The notes: generated by a model not told the origin, from the sequence alone. Positions 21,223 through 31,624 are shown, counted from the first letter of the stretch. The stretch is DNA of 64,000 nt from an uncultured Acidobacteriota bacterium (GCA_963777605.1 CAVZRV010000007.1:576001-640000); one strand, 5' to 3'. Numbers and translations: made by a program.

Positions 21223-21816
21223 ATGAACTTTGATGTTTCCACCTGGTTTGGAAGTAACTTCTTTGAAATCATCGGGTTCCCGGCCCTGATCTTTCTGGCC
21301 CGAGTGATCGACGTGTCCCTGGGAACACTTCGGACGGTGGCGATCTCTCGTGGTCTCAAGGGGCGCGCCGCGTTTCTCGGGTTCTTTGAGGTCCTGATCT
21401 GGCTGTCGGCGATCACGTACATCCTGCAGCACCTGACGACGATCACCAATTACTTCGCCTATGCCGGCGGTTTCGCGACAGGCAACTATGTCGGACTCAA
21501 GATTGAGGAGAAAGTGGCGCTCGGACTGCTCGGCGTCACCATCATCACGAATCGGGACGCTCGTGAACTCATCAAGCATCTCAAGGAGCACCAGTTCGGG
21601 ATCACCAGTGTAAGCGCGATGGGGTCGACCGGACGGGTTCGCATCGTCTACTCCGTCATCCGTCGAAAGAACCTCAATGAGCTTCGTGAGTTGGTAGAAC
21701 GCTTTCACCCCAACGCCTTCATGGCCATTCAAAACGTCCGCGCATCCTCCAAGGCAATCTACCCTTTCGTTGACCAGCAGAGGGGATGGCTCGGATGGCT
21801 GAGAAAGAGTAAATAG
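21223..21816 (+). CDS. DUF2179/UPF0316 membrane protein
   Basis: IFLARVIDVSLGTLR, GFFEVLIW and YAGGFATGNYVG motifs; AAGGAG RBS. Confidence 0.85.
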   Translation: MNFDVSTWFGSNFFEIIGFPALIFLARVIDVSLGTLRTVAISRGLKGRAAFLGFFEVLIWLSAITYILQHLTTITNYFAYAGGFATGNYVGLKIEEKVALGLLGVTIITNRDARELIKHLKEHQFGITSVSAMGSTGRVRIVYSVIRRKNLNELRELVERFHPNAFMAIQNVRASSKAIYPFVDQQRGWLGWLRKSK

Positions 21817-22047
21817 TCCCGGGAGACAGGTCCATCCTTCTGCACCAGGATACTTGCTCTCAAATATGCGAAAACAGTAATATTGGGGCCGGATGGCCGG
21901 TTCGCATGAATTCATATCTTTGCGGTCATCGCAGGCGGGTCTGTGTTGACGGTCTTCAGACCGGAGCAATGCGGGGCTCGGGAGGTGAGTTAGGGGCCGC
22001 GTTCCGCGGCCCCGGTTCTCTGGCAACGGCCGCACGAGGAATCGCAC

Positions 22048-22374
22048 ATGTCACCACGCCGACTCTCCAACGAAGCTCTTACTCTCGTGGCAAATCGATT
22101 CAAAATATTGGGGGACCCTGTGCGGCTCAGGCTCGTCCAGCACCTCATGGAGGGTGAACGCAACGTCACCGAGTTGGTCAACGCGACCGGGGCAAACCAA
22201 GCCAACGTTTCAAGGCATCTCGCCACGCTGAACCGCGCGGGCATTCTCCATCGGAGAAAAGAGGGGCTCAACGTCTTCTATGCCATCGCCGACCCCTCGG
22301 TGTTCGAGCTCTGCGACCTTGTCTGCAGCAGCGTAGAACGTTTCTACGCCGGCCAGGCCAAAGTCTTTCACTAA
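22048..22374 (+). CDS. ArsR/SmtB family transcriptional regulator
   Basis: FKILGDPVRLRL, QANVSRHL and RRKEG..VFY motifs; C-terminal CDLVC. Confidence 0.92.
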   Translation: MSPRRLSNEALTLVANRFKILGDPVRLRLVQHLMEGERNVTELVNATGANQANVSRHLATLNRAGILHRRKEGLNVFYAIADPSVFELCDLVCSSVERFYAGQAKVFH

Positions 22375-22376
22375 GG

Positions 22377-23756
22377 ATGGTCGTGGATCAGTCGGAGGCG
22401 GCAAGATCGATCGAACATTCCCGGTACCGGAAGATAATTAACGCCTGGTCGATGTACGACTGGGCGAATTCAGCATTCTACACAACCATTGTCGCCGCAA
22501 TCTTCCCTCCATTTTTCCGTTCTCTGGCGACTTCCGGCGGCGTGCCTGGAGCCGACGCGACCGCGTACTGGGCCTATGTGACCTCGGCTGGCCTTCTGGT
22601 CGTCGCGGTACTCGGTCCCGTGCTGGGAGCAATCGCCGATCAGACCGGGAGCAAGAAGAAGTGGGTGATTGGCTTTGCCGCGCTCGGAATCGTCGCCAGT
22701 TTCCTCATGGCCTTCCTCGGACCATCGAGCTATGGCTGGGGAGCCGTGCTCTTCATCATCGGTGATATCGGAGTCGCCGCCAGCATCGTTTTCTACGACT
22801 CACTCCTTCCCCACATTGCCAAGGAGGAGGACATGGACCGGGTATCGTCCAAGGGCTACGCGATCGGCTACCTCGGCGGCGGGATTCTGCTGGTTGTAAA
22901 CATGCTGATGGTCACCCGACCCTCCCTGTTCTTTCTCGAAAGCACCAACGCCGGCATCCGGCTGAGCTTCGTCTCTGTGGCAATCTGGTGGGCGATCTTC
23001 TCGATTCCCCTGATCCGGCGGGTCCCGGAGCCTCCTTCGATTGGGGATCTCCACCCGGCCCGAGACATCCTTTCGTCCAGCCTGAAGCAACTCCGGTCCA
23101 CATTGCGGAAGCTCCGTCGCTACCGTCAACTGGGGATATTCCTTCTCGCATTCCTGATCTACAACGACGGCATTGGAACCATCATCAAAATGGCGACTGC
23201 CTACGGCGACGAGATCGGGATTGGCATCACCGACATGATCACCGCCCTGATTCTGACTCAGTTCGTGGGAATCCCCTGTTCGTTCGCGTTCGGCTGGCTG
23301 GCCGGGAAAATCACGGCGAAGAAAGCGATCCTCCTTGCCCTCGCCGTTTACGTAGTGATCGCGTGCGGAGCCTATTTCATGAAGACCGCGGCTCACTTTT
23401 ACATGCTGGCTTTCGGGGTGGGCCTGGTTCAGGGCGGTGCGCAAGCCCTCAGCCGTTCCCTGTTTGGGCAGATGGTGCCGCGTTCTCAGACTGCCGAGTT
23501 CTTCGGATTCTTCAGTACCAGCTCCAAGATGGCGGGTATTGTCGGTCCGGTGTTGTTCGGAGTCGTCAGCCAGCTGGTCGGAGGAAGTCGACTGAGCATC
23601 GTCTCCCTGGTCCTGTTCTTTGTCGTGGGAGGCATTCTGCTCGTCTTCGTCGATATCGACTCGGCCCGACGTGCCGCTCAACTCGAGGATCGAGAGGTCG
23701 GGTTTACAACCGCCGATCGCGATCATATTGACATTTCAGTCATCCCCTCAAGTTGA
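22377..23756 (+). CDS. MFS transporter (UMF1/Atg22-like)
   Basis: WSMYDWANSAF, YDSLLP and QALSRSLF motifs; 12 TM pattern. Confidence 0.9.
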   Translation: MVVDQSEAARSIEHSRYRKIINAWSMYDWANSAFYTTIVAAIFPPFFRSLATSGGVPGADATAYWAYVTSAGLLVVAVLGPVLGAIADQTGSKKKWVIGFAALGIVASFLMAFLGPSSYGWGAVLFIIGDIGVAASIVFYDSLLPHIAKEEDMDRVSSKGYAIGYLGGGILLVVNMLMVTRPSLFFLESTNAGIRLSFVSVAIWWAIFSIPLIRRVPEPPSIGDLHPARDILSSSLKQLRSTLRKLRRYRQLGIFLLAFLIYNDGIGTIIKMATAYGDEIGIGITDMITALILTQFVGIPCSFAFGWLAGKITAKKAILLALAVYVVIACGAYFMKTAAHFYMLAFGVGLVQGGAQALSRSLFGQMVPRSQTAEFFGFFSTSSKMAGIVGPVLFGVVSQLVGGSRLSIVSLVLFFVVGGILLVFVDIDSARRAAQLEDREVGFTTADRDHIDISVIPSS

Positions 23757-23825
23757 CGCCAGGCTTTCTCGTTCGGTAGTCTCGAATTGTAACGTTGAAC
23801 CTCAAGAAAGGGTGTACAAGCTGAA

Positions 23826-23951
23826 ATGAGTGATGGAATGTTGTTGACTGTGGTAGCTCTCGTTCTCGTTGGCTCAGCCGGTGTGGTTGCGTTCATGCGT
23901 GCCTCGACTGGAAAGAGTAAAGGCCACAAGGCCAATTCTCTGTTCGAGTAG
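23826..23951 (+). CDS. Putative 41-aa single-pass membrane protein (below the ORF-track cutoff)
   Basis: Sequence MSDGMLLTVVALVLVGSAGVVAFMRASTGKSKGHKANSLFE: a TM helix followed by a basic tail, filling an intergenic gap. Confidence 0.45.
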   Translation: MSDGMLLTVVALVLVGSAGVVAFMRASTGKSKGHKANSLFE

Positions 23952-24086
23952 CGATACCGCGAGGGGTCTGCCGGAGAAAATCGGCGGCCCCGCCTTCCCC
24001 CTGTTTCCTCGCCCCACCTGAGTTTCACAGTCCGGCCCTTTGCTTCCAATCGTGAAAGAACGAGAATGGTGCGGTAAAGGAAAGCT

Positions 24087-26060
24087 ATGGCCGCTACCAA
24101 CCACTGTAGACCTGCGTTTCTGTTGTCAGCCTGTCTTTTGGTCGGGTTCGCAATTCCGTTCAATCCCGCCGCCTACGCATCCGAAACACCGGGGAAAATG
24201 CTTCACTCAACCCGGTTTCAGCCGCTGCCCCTCGGGCGTATTACCCCGGAAGGATGGCTGGAAAATGAGTTGGGGATTCAGGCGCGGGGCCTTACCGGGA
24301 ACCTGGATCTGTTCTGGCCGGACGTCAGAGACAGCGGCTGGATCGGAGGCACTTCTGAAGGATGGGAACGGATGCCCTACTGGCTTGACGGCGCCCTTCC
24401 CCTAGCTTATCTGATCAAGGATGAAGCCCTGATCCAGCGTATTGAGAAGTACATTGACTACGTTTTGACCCACCAAAACGAGGACGGTTGGCTCGGACCC
24501 GAGCAAAGCCCGGGCGATCGTTACAAGGCACGCGACCCCTGGCCGGTGTTCGTCATGATGAAAGTCCTCACCCAGTACGCCGAGGTCACCGGAGATCCCC
24601 GCGTGCAACCGGCTCTCAACCGATTCCTCAAGAGGCTTGCCGTTCAAATGAATGACCGCCCCTTGTTCGATTGGAACCGGATGCGCTGGCAGGACGGCGT
24701 CCTCAGCGTGTTCTGGCTCTACGACCGAACCGGGGAAGCCTGGCTCCTCGACCTCGCTGCAAGGATGCGTCATCAAGGCTACGACTGGATCGCCCACTTC
24801 CGGGACCTCCCCTACAAGGCCAAGGTGGATGAGTGGGAACACGAAAGCCACGTGGTCAACAACGCGATGGGCGTGAAAACGGCGGCAATCCGCTTCCGGC
24901 AAACTGGAGAAAGAGCATATCTCGGAGACGGGATGAAGGCTGTTACCGAATTGGATCGCTACCATGGCCAGGCTTCGGGGCTGTTCAGTGGGGACGAGTG
25001 TTTCGCGGGCCTGATGCCGTCCCAGGGAACCGAGACCTGTGCGGTGGTCGAATACATGTTTTCTCTTGAAACTCTGGCTTCCTCCGCTGATCCCCGGATC
25101 GGCGATCGGCTGGAGCGAATCGCCTTCAACGCACTTCCCGCCTCGGTCACTTCCGACGGAACTGCCCGCCAGTACGTCCAGCAAGCCAACCAGCCGCTGG
25201 CCCGGGTGAGTCGCGATCATATCTACACGACCAACGGGCCCGAGGCGAACGTCTACGGGCTGGAAACCAACTACGGCTGTTGCACGGCCAACATGCACCA
25301 GGGATGGCCCAAGCTCGTCTCCCACCTCTGGATGCTCACCGACGACGGAGGACTGGCCGCGGTGGCGTATGGCCCCTCCAGACTTCGCACCAATCTTGCC
25401 AACCGGGAGGTCGAGATCGAGACGATTACAGACTACCCCTTTGGTGACTCCCTCGAATTCATCGTAAAAACCTCCCCGCCAGGAGCATTCCCCATCTACC
25501 TCAGAATTCCGCGATGGGCCGGCGCGACTCGCCTCAGCATCGACGGAGAAGAGGACCAGCATCCCCAGCCTTCCAGTTATTTGCGCCTGGAACGGGAGTG
25601 GAAGTCCTTCAACCGAGTTCGGCTCGAATTCTCACCGGCAGTCAGGACGGAGAAACGGTTCAACGGAGCGCTGTCCATCAGCCGGGGACCGCTGGTGTTC
25701 AGCCTGGAAATCGGCACTCACTGGCGCAAGCTCCGCGGAGAAGAGCCCTGGGCCGATTGGGAGGTCTACCCGACCAGTCAGTGGAACTATGCGCTGGCCG
25801 TCAACCCGGCTTCACCAGGGGCCTCGGTCGAAGTAGTCCGCCGCGCCATGCCCGATTGTCCTCTCTGCCCTGGCCAGAGCCCAATCTTGCTGCATGTAAA
25901 GGGACGCCTGCTTCCGGAATGGACGTTGGAGGAGAACGCGGCCGAACCGCCGCCAGCAAGCCCGGTCAGCTCGGAGCAGCCACTCGAGACCCTGGAGCTC
26001 ATCCCCTACGGTGCCGCCAAGCTCAGGATCACTGAGTTCCCGTACATGGAGATCGAGTAG
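24087..26060 (+). CDS. GH127/GH146 beta-L-arabinofuranosidase-like glycoside hydrolase
   Basis: Signal peptide; WERMPYWLDG, HVVN, ETCAVVE, CCTANMHQGWPK and LRIPRW motifs. Confidence 0.88.
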   Translation: MAATNHCRPAFLLSACLLVGFAIPFNPAAYASETPGKMLHSTRFQPLPLGRITPEGWLENELGIQARGLTGNLDLFWPDVRDSGWIGGTSEGWERMPYWLDGALPLAYLIKDEALIQRIEKYIDYVLTHQNEDGWLGPEQSPGDRYKARDPWPVFVMMKVLTQYAEVTGDPRVQPALNRFLKRLAVQMNDRPLFDWNRMRWQDGVLSVFWLYDRTGEAWLLDLAARMRHQGYDWIAHFRDLPYKAKVDEWEHESHVVNNAMGVKTAAIRFRQTGERAYLGDGMKAVTELDRYHGQASGLFSGDECFAGLMPSQGTETCAVVEYMFSLETLASSADPRIGDRLERIAFNALPASVTSDGTARQYVQQANQPLARVSRDHIYTTNGPEANVYGLETNYGCCTANMHQGWPKLVSHLWMLTDDGGLAAVAYGPSRLRTNLANREVEIETITDYPFGDSLEFIVKTSPPGAFPIYLRIPRWAGATRLSIDGEEDQHPQPSSYLRLEREWKSFNRVRLEFSPAVRTEKRFNGALSISRGPLVFSLEIGTHWRKLRGEEPWADWEVYPTSQWNYALAVNPASPGASVEVVRRAMPDCPLCPGQSPILLHVKGRLLPEWTLEENAAEPPPASPVSSEQPLETLELIPYGAAKLRITEFPYMEIE

Positions 26061-26568
26061 ACGCCCCCGCCTCGGTCTCAGCCGTCTCGCCCTGCTCGCG
26101 AAGGCTCCCGATCCAGTTTTGGAGGCACTCTCTGATATTGTCTCTCGCCTCTAAGTAGACTTCGTAGGACTTGCCGATTGGATCGTCGATGCGGTGAAGG
26201 CGTCCCTTTCGCTTGGTGTAGATCCAAAGCCGCACAATCCGGGACTCCGTGGCAGGGCGCTGCATCCAGATCTCACGGGCATGCTCGGGAGCCATCGCGA
26301 CGAGGAAGTCCGCCTCGTCGAGGTGCCTCGCCGAAACTCCCTGCGACCGGTGCCCGCTCAAATCCAGGCCCAGTTCGCCAACCGCTTTGATCGCAAACTC
26401 CGATGCCGGCTGGCCCTCGATTCCGAGCGTGCCCGCAGATTCGACGCAGTCAGTCGGGATTCCGCCTTCATCGAGGAGCTGCTGCCCGATCACTTCAGCC
26501 ATGGGAGAACGGCAGATGTTGCCGCTGCAAACAAACACGATGTGGAGGTTTCCGGTGGCCTGTTGCAT
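26029..26568 (-). CDS. Low-molecular-weight protein Tyr/Arg phosphatase
   Basis: VCSGNICRSPMAE P-loop; SAGT; IDDPIG. Confidence 0.92.
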   Translation of the reverse strand: MQQATGNLHIVFVCSGNICRSPMAEVIGQQLLDEGGIPTDCVESAGTLGIEGQPASEFAIKAVGELGLDLSGHRSQGVSARHLDEADFLVAMAPEHAREIWMQRPATESRIVRLWIYTKRKGRLHRIDDPIGKSYEVYLEARDNIRECLQNWIGSLREQGETAETEAGASTRSPCTGTQ

Positions 26569-26623
26569 GAGATTTGGAGCCCCTAGCGAAGCCGGCTGCC
26601 GTGAGTACGATCTGGAAGCCGGG

Positions 26624-27076
26624 CTAGTGCCTCTTAAGCATGTGGATTTCAGTTCCACCCTTTTCGAATCGAACTTCGTCCATCAACTGGTTGATCAGAA
26701 AGATTCCCCGCCCATGGTTGGAATAGACATTTTTGCCCATCACCGGATTGGGGAGTCCGACCGGATCAAAGCCTTCTCCCGGGTCTCTGACGACCAGCAG
26801 TACCCCGAACGAGTCGGCACAGGCAACAGCCACCGCCACCTCTTTGTTGGGGTCACCCTTGCAACCATGGAGGATCGCGTTCGCAAGAGCTTCCCGCAAA
26901 GATAATTCGATCTCGAACTCCTTGTTCCCGCCGCACTGAAGGTCGGCGATCGCCTCCATGATGTCGCCTACGACCGCCTCAATGTGAGCAACGTCGGCAG
27001 GGAAGGTCTTCTCGAGACGAATACGGAGAGTATCTATCGGGATATCCTTTTGAGGGAGGCCTCGATTCCGCTCCAT
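26624..27076 (-). CDS. RsbW/SpoIIAB-like anti-sigma factor kinase
   Basis: EALANAILHG, DPGEGFD and HGRGIFLI..LMD motifs. Confidence 0.9.
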   Translation of the reverse strand: MERNRGLPQKDIPIDTLRIRLEKTFPADVAHIEAVVGDIMEAIADLQCGGNKEFEIELSLREALANAILHGCKGDPNKEVAVAVACADSFGVLLVVRDPGEGFDPVGLPNPVMGKNVYSNHGRGIFLINQLMDEVRFEKGGTEIHMLKRH

Positions 27077-27284
27077 AATTTAAACTCATGATAGCAGATT
27101 CACTAGACACATGGTTCACGGTGAAAATCGCTGGGAATTGACCTCCGTCACTTCTCTCTGGACGAATCAGGCGCCGTGCGATAGCTTTCAAAATGGACCT
27201 TGATCGGTTGGAGTCCGGGCATACGTGGAGCGCTTCCAGCAAATGCTTCCTCTGGTCTCTGAACGGAATCCCAGGAGCACAACT

Positions 27285-29252
27285 ATGAATTTCAATCTGA
27301 GATTTCCTTTAGCAATCACCGCCTGCCTGGTCGCAGGCACGGCGTCTGTTTGTCTTCGGGCTGAGTCGGTTTCCTCTCCCGACAGTCGAATCGTCGTCAC
27401 TATTGAAACCGGTCCGGAACTGAGCTATTCGGTGTCCGTCGATTCGACAACGGTTCTGGCACCTTCTCCGCTTCGTCTTGTCCTCGATGATGGCCGGGAG
27501 CTGGGGCGAAACTCTTCTCTCGCCAGGACAGAGCGCAATTCGATCAACGAGGAAATCACTCCGGTCTTGCCCGAAAAACGTTCCCGAATCCACAACCAGG
27601 CCAATGAACTGACGCTCTTCTTCGACGGGGATTTCGGAGTGATTTTTCGCGCCTGCAATGACGGCGTCGCCTACCGCTTCTTCACCTCGATGAAAGGACA
27701 GATCCGAGTTCGAAATGAAGACGTTGCGTTTCGATTTCCCAAGGACTATTTGGTCTACATACCGCTCACGGAGAGCTTTCAAACCTCCTTTGAGAACAGC
27801 TACACCAAGGTCAATGCATCGGCCCTCAAACCCGACCAGATCGGTTTCCTGCCGGTTCTCGCGGAAGCGCCCGGAGGCCCGAAGATCCTTATTTCAGAAG
27901 CCGATTTGGACGACTACCCGGGGATGTTCATCACCGGTTCGGCTGACGGTACCGCGCAATTGCGAGGTCGCTTTGCTGCATACCCATTGAAGGAGGAACA
28001 GAAGCGTGACCGAACGCTGGCTGTCACCGAAAGGGCTGACTACATTGCCGAGACGACCGGAACGCGAGACTTTCCCTGGCGCGCGCTCTTGATCGCACGC
28101 CAGGATACCGAACTCGTCGAATCTGATTTCATGTTCCGGCTGGCTCCCGCCCAGAAGTTGCAGGATACGTCCTGGATTCGACCCGGGAAGCTGGCTTGGG
28201 ACTGGTGGAACGCAAACAACGTCTATGGTGTCGATTTCAAGTCTGGGATCAATACCGAGACCTACAAGTACTACATCGACTTCGCTGCGCAATACGGCAT
28301 CGAGTACATGGCTTTCGACGAAGGTTGGTCCGATACCACCGACCTGCTCAAGGTTAACCCGGATCTGGACATGCCGGGACTCATCCGTTACGCCCGTCAG
28401 AAAGGGGTAGGCGTCATTCTCTGGTGCGTCTGGCTGACGCTCGACCGCCAGATGGGGCCCGCCCTGGACGCCTTCCAGAAATGGGGCGTCAGCGGAGTCA
28501 AGGTGGATTTCATGGACCGCGACGACCAGAAAATCGTCAACTTCTATCACCGCCTCGCGGCTGAGGCAGGACGTCGGAAGTTGCTGGTCGATTTTCACGG
28601 CGCCTACAAACCGACAGGGCTACGCAGAGCCTATCCCAATGTCATCACCCGCGAAGCAGTGATGGGCTTGGAGTACTCAAAATGGAGCGACCGGGTGACG
28701 CCCGAATACGATGTCACCCTTCCCTTCATTCGCATGGCTGCCGGCCCGATGGATTTCACCCCGGGAGCGATGAACAACGCCCAGAAGAGAGATTTCCGGG
28801 CAATCTTCGAACGTCCGATGAGCCAGGGAACCCGACTCCACCAACTCGCCATGTACGTGGTCTACGAGAGCCCCCTTCAAATGCTCTCCGACTCGCCTTC
28901 AAACTACTATCGCGAGTCCGACATGATGGACTTTCTCTCCAAGGTCCCGTCAACGTGGGATGAGACTCGCGTGCTCCAGGGTAAGGTGGCCGAGTACGTC
29001 CTTGTGGCCAGGCGCAAGGGAAATGCATGGTTCGTCGGCGGTATGAACGGCGAGTCTGCCCGGAAACTTGATGTCGATCTCTCGTTCCTGCCCGCCGGAA
29101 ACTACACGGCGGACATTTACATGGACGGCATCAATGCCGACCGGTGGGCCACCGACTATCGCCGGGTTTCGGAGGAGGTCACGTCCCGCTCGGTCCTGAA
29201 GGCCGCCATGGCTCCGGGAGGCGGTTGGGTCGGGCGCATCACGGCACGCTGA
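27285..29252 (+). CDS. GH97 glycoside hydrolase (SusB-like alpha-glucosidase)
   Basis: Signal peptide; SWIRPGK, YIDFAA, DEGW, GVKVDFM, DFHG and GPMDFTPG motifs. Confidence 0.93.
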   Translation: MNFNLRFPLAITACLVAGTASVCLRAESVSSPDSRIVVTIETGPELSYSVSVDSTTVLAPSPLRLVLDDGRELGRNSSLARTERNSINEEITPVLPEKRSRIHNQANELTLFFDGDFGVIFRACNDGVAYRFFTSMKGQIRVRNEDVAFRFPKDYLVYIPLTESFQTSFENSYTKVNASALKPDQIGFLPVLAEAPGGPKILISEADLDDYPGMFITGSADGTAQLRGRFAAYPLKEEQKRDRTLAVTERADYIAETTGTRDFPWRALLIARQDTELVESDFMFRLAPAQKLQDTSWIRPGKLAWDWWNANNVYGVDFKSGINTETYKYYIDFAAQYGIEYMAFDEGWSDTTDLLKVNPDLDMPGLIRYARQKGVGVILWCVWLTLDRQMGPALDAFQKWGVSGVKVDFMDRDDQKIVNFYHRLAAEAGRRKLLVDFHGAYKPTGLRRAYPNVITREAVMGLEYSKWSDRVTPEYDVTLPFIRMAAGPMDFTPGAMNNAQKRDFRAIFERPMSQGTRLHQLAMYVVYESPLQMLSDSPSNYYRESDMMDFLSKVPSTWDETRVLQGKVAEYVLVARRKGNAWFVGGMNGESARKLDVDLSFLPAGNYTADIYMDGINADRWATDYRRVSEEVTSRSVLKAAMAPGGGWVGRITAR

Positions 29253-29284
29253 TCACCTGCGGTCGAATATCTGGCCCGATGGGG

Positions 29285-29311
29285 CGGCGAATTCCGGGTT
29301 CCGGAGTTCGC
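29285..29311. terminator. Hairpin between convergent GH97 and lemA genes
   Basis: GGCGAATTCCGGGTTCCGGAGTTCGCC stem-loop; no strong U-tract. Confidence 0.35.
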
Positions 29312-29443
29312 CTGTTCCGGGCACAATCGGTGTGAGCGAACATGAAGCTCCCGATCTCAACGTCCGGACATCCATGTTCCGCTTGAAGGGCTCCGCAGGA
29401 AAATCCACGACTCGCCTCCTTGAATGAAAGGTGCCCGCCTCGG

Positions 29444-30013
29444 CTAGAACTGGACTTTTGGGACTTGATCCGCTCCTTCGGCGGCCTCGAAGTACTCGGC
29501 CTGGTCAAATCCGAAAATCCCTGCAACCAGGTTCGTCGGAAACCGGCGCAAGGATGTGTTGTAAGTCCGGACGTTTTCGTTGTAGCGCCGGCGCTCGACG
29601 GCAATTCGGTTCTCTGTCCCCGCCAGTTCGTCCTGGAGTGCGAGGAAATTCTGGTTGGATTTCAGTTCGGGATAGTTCTCCGATACCAGAAGTAATCGAG
29701 AGAGAGTCCCTTCGAGGGCGGTAGCGGTCTCGGCCTTCTCTGCCACCGTCCGGGCCTGGCCCCACTGGCTGCGCAACCGGGTCACCTCTGTGAACACGTC
29801 CTTTTCCTGCTGCGCGTATCCCTTTACCGTGTTGACCAGGTTGGGAATGAGATCAAAGCGTCTTTGCAGCACGTTCTCCACCTGCGCCCAGGAACTGCTT
29901 ACGTTCTCGTTCAAGGTGACGAGGTTGTTGTAGGAACTGATCAGGCTCACTCCCAGAACCAGCCCGACCAGGACGACGAGAAGCAACAATCCGATGATGA
30001 TTTTCTTGGTCAT
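29444..30013 (-). CDS. lemA: LemA family protein
   Basis: N-terminal TM; QRRFDLIPNLV, ENYPELK and ENRIAVERRRYN motifs. Confidence 0.95.
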   Translation of the reverse strand: MTKKIIIGLLLLVVLVGLVLGVSLISSYNNLVTLNENVSSSWAQVENVLQRRFDLIPNLVNTVKGYAQQEKDVFTEVTRLRSQWGQARTVAEKAETATALEGTLSRLLLVSENYPELKSNQNFLALQDELAGTENRIAVERRRYNENVRTYNTSLRRFPTNLVAGIFGFDQAEYFEAAEGADQVPKVQF

Positions 30014-30053
30014 GCCCGAAGACTCCCTGTCGCTCTGGCGACGCCTTTACAAA

Positions 30054-30773
30054 TCAATCTACGTAGTTCGGCAGGATGTACTGGTCAACCGAATCCACAA
30101 ACCGCTCAGCTGACTCATGATACCGGGAAAACAGCTGCTCAGCGTCAACTTGTCGTCCTTTAACGGTCCCCTCCTTGATCTTCGCTACCATTTCGAACGG
30201 CTCGACATCGAACTTGAACCGCTCTCCAAGTTGGCGCATGGCTTCCAGCTTCTGCGGGGGTCTTGAGTCACCCACGAGACGCAGCGAAGCCCTCGCAAGC
30301 ACGAGAAATGAAGAAAGGGAGTCCACAAGCAGGCTAATAATCCGTCGCGGCTTGCCGTTCGTCCTGAGGAACCCCTCACGGAGTTGAATCAGCTTCCCTT
30401 TCAACTCATGTTCGAGTTGCAGGCGCAGGTTCTCTCCCGACACGTCAAGTTCGGCAACCAGGTCCTCTCCGGCAAGAACGCGGCGGGCGTCCTTGATGTC
30501 CAGGATCTCGATCGGGAAAACGTCGCACGACCGCTTCAGGCGCTCCCAGGTGAAGAACAGCGGCGGCGGGTTTCCCGCCCTGATCCACTTGTTGGTATGA
30601 GGCATCACTCGCTTCAGGTCGTCCAACGAGAGTTGCCCGATGATCACGAGCAGGTTGAAGTCGGAACCGGCACCCATGTGATCACCGGCCGCAGCGGATC
30701 CAAAGAGGATCGTCGATTTCAGGTTGGCTCCAAGAGCGTTCTTGAGGTTGTGAACCATCTCCTCGGGTGTCAC
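30054..30773 (-). CDS. Nucleotidyltransferase-fold protein (LemA/TPM-associated)
   Basis: LFGSAAAGD...SDFNLLV, DVFPIE and LRLQLEHELK segments. Confidence 0.75.
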   Translation of the reverse strand: MTPEEMVHNLKNALGANLKSTILFGSAAAGDHMGAGSDFNLLVIIGQLSLDDLKRVMPHTNKWIRAGNPPPLFFTWERLKRSCDVFPIEILDIKDARRVLAGEDLVAELDVSGENLRLQLEHELKGKLIQLREGFLRTNGKPRRIISLLVDSLSSFLVLARASLRLVGDSRPPQKLEAMRQLGERFKFDVEPFEMVAKIKEGTVKGRQVDAEQLFSRYHESAERFVDSVDQYILPNYVD

Positions 30774-30832
30774 TTGCGTCCCCCTTCCTGATTCCTGTTC
30801 ATTGCTCTCCAGGGCGGTCACCGACTGTGGCG

Positions 30833-31624
30833 TCACCAACCGCGCCCTGCACCGCCTCCACCGGAAGAACCTCCCCCGAAACCGCCAAAGCCGCCACCAC
30901 CAAATCCGCCCCCGGAACCTCCCGATCCGCGGCCCACACCCGAACTGAGAAGCAGAAAGAACAGCCAGGGATGCCGGATGAACAGGTAAACGGCAGCAAT
31001 CAGAACGATGACGAAGAAGATAGTCTCGCCGCAGGTAAGTGGTTGCCCTTGCGTCTGCAACCGCGCCGGCTCCCGGATTCCGGAAAGTCCGCTCAGCTGA
31101 ACCCCGGAATTCTGCGCAATGATCTCGGCAAAGTGCCGGGCGCCGGAGGACAGTCCCCCGGCGTAGTCGCCGCTCTTGAAGAAGGGGATCACACTCTCGT
31201 CGAGGATCCTGCCCACCCTCGCGTCCGGAAGCAGCGGTTCCAGACCGTACCCGACTTCAACCCAGATCCGACGCTCCTTCGCGGCCATCAGCATCAGCAG
31301 CCCACGATCGTCTTTGTGCCCGATGCCCCATCGTTCGAAGAGTCGGTTCGAGAAATCCCTGATCTCCTGACCCTGGAGACTGGCTATCGTCACGACCGAG
31401 AACTGCACTCCGGTCTTCCGGTCCAACTCCCCGAGCAGACTCTCGAGCTGAGCAGAAGGGCCCGGACCGATGACGCCCGCAAAATCGTTGACGTAACCTC
31501 GGGGAGTCAGTCCCTGCAGAGGGTCTTCGACCTGGGCCCGGGAATAACCCGGGACCAGGGAACACACGAGCAAGATTCCGAGAATTGCCAACGCCCACAA
31601 AGTGAGCTTTCGAGCGAGTTTCAT
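30833..31624 (-). CDS. TPM domain protein (YgcG-like)
   Basis: YVNDFAG, WGIG and EVGYGLE..LPD motifs; TM helix; Gly-rich tail ending GRGW. Confidence 0.92.
   Translation of the reverse strand: MKLARKLTLWALAILGILLVCSLVPGYSRAQVEDPLQGLTPRGYVNDFAGVIGPGPSAQLESLLGELDRKTGVQFSVVTIASLQGQEIRDFSNRLFERWGIGHKDDRGLLMLMAAKERRIWVEVGYGLEPLLPDARVGRILDESVIPFFKSGDYAGGLSSGARHFAEIIAQNSGVQLSGLSGIREPARLQTQGQPLTCGETIFFVIVLIAAVYLFIRHPWLFFLLLSSGVGRGSGGSGGGFGGGGFGGFGGGSSGGGGAGRGW

Noticed and set aside
30833-30945. CCGCC-rich repeats
   Set aside because: They encode the ordinary Gly-rich tail of TPM proteins.
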